From Emiliania huxleyi CCMP1516 (Eukaryota), in NCBI RefSeq assembly GCF_000372725.1, contig NW_005202368.1, positions 92,045 through 156,044 on the forward strand: a stretch of DNA of 64,000 nucleotides. The letters are read 5' to 3'. A program made the position numbers and the translations under genes. The notes below the pieces were generated by a model. The model searched no databases. It was not told where the DNA came from and saw only the letters and a list, made by a program, of their open reading frames with translations. Of this stretch, positions 58,110 through 64,000 are shown one piece after another. Position 1 is the stretch's first letter. Each line of letters opens with the position of its first letter.

Positions 58110-58682
58110 TCATTGGGCGATGCGGTACTTCTTGGGGACGCCGTCCACCATGAAGGTGACTTCTGTCAGAGCAGGGTCCTTCCATGGGTCGTACGCACTC
58201 CCTCCCGCGGCGGTGGGCGCGGCAGCCGCTGGAGGCGCATAGGCTGGCGGTGCAGCCGGGGGGGGCGGCGGATCCGCCGGCCAGGGCGCTGAGTCTCGAG
58301 TGGCCTCGCCGGCCGCCGCCGCGCCGCCGCCGCCGGCCTCCGAGCGCTTTGCGAGGTACTCAGCGAAGGATTCCGCCTTGTGGATCGCCTGCTGCTTGCC
58401 CTGTGGGTCGTAGACGGTGGGGGCGTGGTCGCGGGTTGCCTCGCCGCCGCCAAAGCCTACGGCGGGAAGGGGACGCTTTCCTGCCGAGACGCGACGTGGC
58501 CGTGCTGCATTGCGCGTCTGTGGCTCTTGCGCATTGCATTGCGGTGGGAGCACACCTTTCCCGCTGTTCATCGTGGCTCCGCTTGCCCTGGCTGTCGCAA
58601 CACAGCTCCTCGCACCCTGGGTCGCAGCGAGACGAAGTCTTGCCACGTCGGCCAGACCGAGTACCAGGAAGAAGGATCTCAT
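58110..58682 (-). CDS. Small, probably plastid-targeted protein of unknown function
   Basis: Signal-like plus transit-like N-terminus; core GFGGGEATRD.APTVYDPQGKQQAIHKAESFAEYLAKR, with GEATRD repeated. Probable in-frame intron near 58462-58556. Confidence 0.55.
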   Translation of the reverse strand: MRSFFLVLGLADVARLRLAATQGARSCVATARASGATMNSGKGVLPPQCNAQEPQTRNAARPRRVSAGKRPLPAVGFGGGEATRDHAPTVYDPQGKQQAIHKAESFAEYLAKRSEAGGGGAAAAGEATRDSAPWPADPPPPPAAPPAYAPPAAAAPTAAGGSAYDPWKDPALTEVTFMVDGVPKKYRIAQ

Positions 58683-59262
58683 CCCGCACGTGCCACTCGT
58701 TTCTCGCGCCCTGCCGTGTGTCCCGGAGCGTGCAAGAAAGAGAATTCTGCAGTCCGCCCAGGCAGCGCCGGGACGCTCCTCTCCACCGTGATGCTCCTCG
58801 CCATCATCGTCACCACGACGTGTCTGCTACGGACGGGCGTCGCCCGCGACATGCGCACGTAGCCCGACAACTTTCAATCGCTCTGCAAGTCGCGGGCGGC
58901 TCCAACTGTCGATGTCGTCTCGCATTACCGGTACGCAGGCCTAACTGCTCTCTCTCTCCCCCCCCACTCCCCATCGAGACTGAGCCCCCGGTGATGAGGT
59001 CTGAAGCTCACCCATTGAGGAAGTGAGAACTGCTCGGCTCACCCCTGATCCTGCTGAACAAGCTCCTCTTGTAGCTCGATCGGTCACACCGCCATCGCCG
59101 CCGACGGAGAGGGGGGACGACACTGCTTCTGCAGCGTGCACCTCGATCCTGTACCGTCCGTGTTTTAGGTATGTTGTTTGTGATGACCCCCCCAATGAAC
59201 ACACCAGTGAGGGCGGGCGAGACGATCGAGGGGTCCCGTACCACGCGCAATTGACCCTATCC

Positions 59263-59296
59263 AGTGCTCAAGTGCTCAAGTGCTCAAGTGCTCAAG
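59263..59296. repeat. 8-bp tandem repeat (AGTGCTCA) x4
   Basis: Directly visible. Confidence 0.9.
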
Positions 59297-61708
59297 CGAG
59301 CACTTTTACGTTTGCGGATACGACAACTTGTTCCAGACCGAGTAGATAACACCGGCAACGTAGACGCGGCAGTGACGCCCCGCGATGCTCGACCTCGCCT
59401 TCCTGTTTCCGCTCTCGGCGTGGAGCAGCACGAACGGCCTGATCGTGGAGACGAGCCCGAATACCCTGCAAAAAATCTCCCCATCAGGAAGCTGCCCCGC
59501 CAGTGCCTACGACGACACTGCCCGCACGGTGCGGCTAAACCACCCCCGACCTCCCCACCACCGTGATGTGTGATTGTGGTGAGTTCCGCCGTGCGCTCGT
59601 CAGGGGTGCGCGGTGTCAGGCTTCACCGCGACCATTCCCGCGACCCCTGGGCCAATCGGGGGTTGGGGCGGCGGCTGCGGCGGCGGCGGCTCAAACCACT
59701 ACCGCATGTGCTTCTCCTCGGACCCAACTGACGACTCAGACTGTGGGAGTGGCCTTGGTGTGGGCATATTCCTGTACAGCAGCATGACGTGCGTGCCCAT
59801 CCACCCCCTCCCCCCTCCCCCCTCTGCCGTGATTCCCCGTGGTCCCTGGTGAGAGCTGACGCGCGTTGGACGGCGTTGCACGGCGCGGGGGCGATTAGCG
59901 GCGCTCACCGCGCGACGCTCAGCACCCTCCCTCCGGACTCCGGGTCCGCCAGTTGATTGCGCCTACTTTCATGAGCGTCGACACATGGTAGTTATCGAGA
60001 TATGGTTGATCAAAGTTGTGACACCGTCACAAAAGTGAAGCACGTATTGGGAGCGAGACTGCGAGGCCAGACCGAGGTCAGCCGAGGACGGGAGTCGAAA
60101 AGCGTTAGAGTGGCTGCAGAGCCACATCTATCTACCTCTCAGTCTACCCTTAGATTGTGGTTGAGCACTGTCTGTAGTGGCTGGGGTCAGGGCAAATACA
60201 CCGTGGTGAAGGAGGAGGTCCTCACGATACAGACACCTGGAGGTCCTCACGACTATAAACCGCACACGAACGAGAGGGTCCGACTCTCTCCTAATTGCTA
60301 ATAAAAGGCATTGCACCCCGCATCGTCGCGAGGAACGATGAGCTCGGCATCAAGCTCGACAAAATATGGTTCTCACACAGCATTCAAGGGAGAGGTCCTC
60401 GCACGCATACTACTGAGGACCCCGTCTATGAGGACCTCTGTCTGACGTGAGGACCTCTGTGTTTGTGAGGACCTCTCTCCCGCCGACTCCCCACGGCGTA
60501 GCGGCCCAACCATCCTGCTCCATCCGCTGCGCCTTTGCGCTCAGACCGTGCGGGGGTACCAATCGCGACTCCCTCTCTCTCTTGCTCCTCCAAATCGTCC
60601 GCCACCTCGGCCACTGGAGTCGAGTCAGCATGCTGCATAGGCTCCCCCTAATAGGAGCTGTTGAGGGTCAGAATTAACTTGATTTGTGTTGTGCCTCGGC
60701 TCCAGTGGCCAAGGAGCTGTGTTCAACGGCGTTTGTTTACTTTTCTTTTTCCTCGCCGCCAAATATCCACCGCGCAAGAATGGGAGGGGGTGGATCAGAA
60801 GGACGGGTGGTGGCGCACACTTGCCAAAGCCTATTCTACAAGATGCAGGGGAAGAAGGAAGAATGGTGGTAGCTACCAGCGGGGGAGGATGCGGGGAGGT
60901 ACAGGAGGGAGGCACACACAGGCGATGACAATCCAATGTATGAGTGTATGCAAGCAGAGGCGCGTGTGCTAATTCTAGGCCGCACGTCGTGGCACTATGA
61001 CGGAGGTAGACGTGCGACCGCAGCGCGCCCACCACAGTCTCGGTGGTGCGCGCGTGTTAGCGATAGAGTTGCGGGGAGAGCCATGCCCGACTTTTCGAAG
61101 GCGAGCCCCACGCCACGGATGCCAGCCGTGCCTTCGCGGGAGTCGTCTCACGAGCCGCGCCCCGTCGGCACTGTCCCCGAGTAGCCCCGCCTTGGCGGCA
61201 CACACTCTCGACCAGGACAGTCCGGCCTCCGGGAACGTGTCGCGCGCCGGCGACGATTGCGGCGTGGTCGTTTTGAAGCGAAGATGGCACGACCACCGCC
61301 CTGCTTCGCAGACCGGGCAAGGAGGGGGCTGCTCCCGTTCCGCGAGGAACAGGAGGTCTCCCCCCCTCCCCCGGCCTGAGCAGCGACGCGTGGAAGGCAG
61401 CCCCTTTTGAGTCGAGGGCGGCGCGACCATTGCCGAGCTCCAGCGACCAAAGGCCCGGGCGTCTGCTGATGGTCGCGCCGCCCCGCTCCGCGCCGCCCGC
61501 CGCCGCGCCGCGCCGCCGCCCGATGATTATTAAGTAATAATGAATTAACAAATAATTAATTACCCCACCCGCCGCCGCGCCGCCCCGCCCTGCGCCGCCC
61601 GCTGCCTCGCCGCGCCGCCGCCTCGCGCTGCCCGCCGCCGCGCCGCTTATGGCAGGGAAGCTTTTGTGGGTAATATAAAAAAGAAACAAGCGCCTTCACC
61701 ACCCAGAC

Positions 61709-63130
61709 ATGACCTCCGAGAGCTCTGCGTCGCCCTCGCCGGACCAGCAGCGCAAGCAGGAGAAGCGCGAGCGCAAGCGAGAAAAGAAGGAGAAGAAGCG
61801 CGAGCGCAAGAGGGAGAAGAAGCGCCGGCGCGAGCGCCCGCGCGCAGAGGCGCCGCTCGAGGAGGCGACGGCGGACGTTGCAGGGCGCGAGTTCTGTAGC
61901 GCGCTGCGGCTGGGCCACGCCGCGGAGGTCGCGGCGCTGCTGCAGTCGCGGCCGGGCCTGCTCCGGATGCGGATTTGCCTGCCGGGCGAGAGCGAGCTGG
62001 TGCGGCTGCTCGCGCCGGCGACGGTGTGGTCGGTGGTGCACGAGGCGGTATTTCGCTGCACCACCACGGGGGAGCGGATGGGTACCACTGCGCTCGCGCG
62101 CCTCTCCGAGCGCGGCGCCGTGAGCCTGCAGATCGCACAGCCCGCCACGAGTCGCGTCTCTTCACGGGCAGAGTTGTCGACAGGCGCCGTCGGCGTGCTC
62201 GCCTCGGTCCTCCGCAGCTGCGACGACCAGAGCCTCGATGCCTCCCGCCTCGTGCCGACAGACGCCGCCGACGCCGCCGACGCCGACGCCGACCTCATCG
62301 ACGGCCAGTCCCTCAGCGCACACGACGCCGTTCCGCCAAAGCGACGTCGCGCGTCCGTTTCCTCCTCCTCCGCCGCCGCCGCCGCTGCCGCCGCTGCTGC
62401 CGGCGGGAGGACGTCACTCGACGCGCCTCCGGCGGACTGGCTCGACTCGAGGCTCGACGATTCGCGCGCCGCGCCGCCTCCTCCCAACCAGCGGGCGAGG
62501 GTGGTGGAGGAGGCGCCGCTGCACGTGGCCGCCTGGCCGGGCGGCGGTTTTATTTCTCGGCGGATTTGTTCTCTTTTTTCTAGGCGCCGCTGCACGTGGC
62601 CGCCTGGCGGGGCAGTCAGCCGGCGGTCGAGATGCTGCTCATCGCAGGCGCAGACCTGCTCGCCCCCTCCGCCGCCTCGGGCCTGCTCCCGGTCCACGTC
62701 GCCTGCGACCCCCGCTCGCCCGCCTACCAGCAGGTCCATATCTCCCCACATCTCCCCACATCTCGCTCGCCCGCCTACCAGCAGGTCCATATCTCCCCAC
62801 ATCTCCCCACATCTCGCTCGCCCGCCTACCAGCAGGATCCCCTGTTCACTCTCACTGGTGAAGGAGGGACGAGGGCTCATTGTTCATCGCGCGCCCGCGT
62901 GCCGAAAGGGCGACGGGACCTTCCTGCCTTGGCTGCTCCGCAAGATGGGCGAGGTGTGGGGAGATGTGGGGAGATGTGGGGAGATATGGGGAGATGGCTG
63001 CTCCGCAAGATGGGCGAGATGGGCGAGGTTGTCGCACCACCCGAGATGACCTGAGATGGCCCGAGATGGACCCGAGAGGGCCCGAGAGGACCCGAGAGGA
63101 CCCGAGCGGACCCGAGAGGACCCGAGAGGA
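61709..63130 (+). CDS. Ankyrin-repeat protein with a K/R/E-rich N-terminus, multi-exon; 3' end uncertain
   Basis: ALRLGHAAEVAALL, APLHVAAWRGSQPAVEMLLIAGAD and GLLPVHVAC, recovered after splicing out duplicated-boundary introns. Confidence 0.65.
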
Positions 63131-64000
63131 CCCGAGAGGACCCGAGGTGGGCGCGCCCCGCCCTTGCCTCCGCCACCCTCGTGCACGCGTGTGTGCGGGG
63201 GCATCCACCTCACCTCGCCCCACCTTTAGGCGGACGCGGGCGGCGCCGGTCCGTCCGACGTGGCTGCGCGGCTGCGAGCGGACGTGCCAGCCGCGTTTTG
63301 GAGCCGCGGCTGCGACCCGGCACCGCTGGGCATCGCGCCGCCGCCCAGCTCGTACAGCGAGAGGGTGGCTCGGCGGCTGGCGTCATACCGCGACCTGGAC
63401 AACCCACTCGGGGAGGGGGAGTACGACTACTAGGGGCGTAGACAGGGATGCCTAGAAAGCTCTCGTGTATGTGTATGTGTGTCTGTCTGTCTCTTGTGTT
63501 GTCTAGGTCTGTCTCTTTCTGAGGTTGTCTGGGTGTCTCTCAGTGAGTTATCTGAGTTGTCGCTCGGTTGCACATGCAGTCCCTCAGCGTCAGCCTCTCG
63601 GCGGCAGTTCCAGTTCTTCGTATCTCAAGATCTGCAGACCCTTCGTCCTCAAGGCTTCGTTCGCGGTTCGGTCAAGGAGTAGGTGGCCGTACAGACTACA
63701 CGAAGGAGTTCTAGTATCTATAGAGACGGTGAGCCGATCATCTGCGAGACGCCGAGAGAAGGGCAAACAGCGAGTTCCTGCCGGGCTGCCCCTTGAGCCT
63801 TGTCGCGCCCGGCGCTCGTCCGGATCCTCTCTAGACTGAAGACTCTACCTCTTGCTCTTCGACGGCACGGCCTCTCGTGCGCCGGAGAGACGGAGACAGT
63901 GCATCTGCCGCGACGGTGTGACCATCGATGCGGGTTGCTGCCCGGCGGCATCGGGAACGTGCACTCCTTGCACGTGCCCCACTACAGCCCCTTACTTCAT

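Noticed and set aside
58800..61450. Scattered short ORFs in the gene-poor interval, and at 63480-64000
   Set aside because: No codon bias or motifs that I can support; probably decayed repeats or UTRs.

Overview
GC-rich, intron-containing eukaryotic nuclear DNA. It is most likely from a haptophyte alga, Emiliania/Gephyrocapsa huxleyi-like (inferred from frequent GC-AG introns, 10-bp tandem repeats inside introns and expanded RCC1/kelch/ankyrin/U-box families). About 25 genes or gene fragments are supported. 0-16 kb: a small secreted PLAC/ShK-like protein, an intronless virus-type N6-adenine methyltransferase with an NLS, a class I heme peroxidase, a SWEET transporter, a carboxylesterase, a U-box membrane protein, an LCM-type methyltransferase, a duplicated ABM-like protein, a CW-finger protein and a cytochrome P450. 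16-38 kb: a heavily rearranged mosaic with an internally deleted tyrosine-recombinase (DIRS-like) element, a canopy-like ER protein, an F-box-like/RCC1 gene split by a 7.9-kb insert carrying an MBD-Tudor-Tudor gene, and a CCCH-exonuclease-Smr gene whose 5' end is duplicated around an ankyrin-U-box gene. 38-48 kb: kelch, SAE1, a signal-peptide-bearing GBP/atlastin, and a HET(TIR-like)-LRR gene bracketed by inverted retroposon ends. Two short retroposon families with target-site duplications are scattered through the window. Many introns carry a direct duplication of their flanking exon sequence. There is a 100-N assembly gap at 56196-56295. No rRNA, tRNA or CRISPR array was seen. All family calls come from motif recognition by eye, not database searches, and exon boundaries are approximate.
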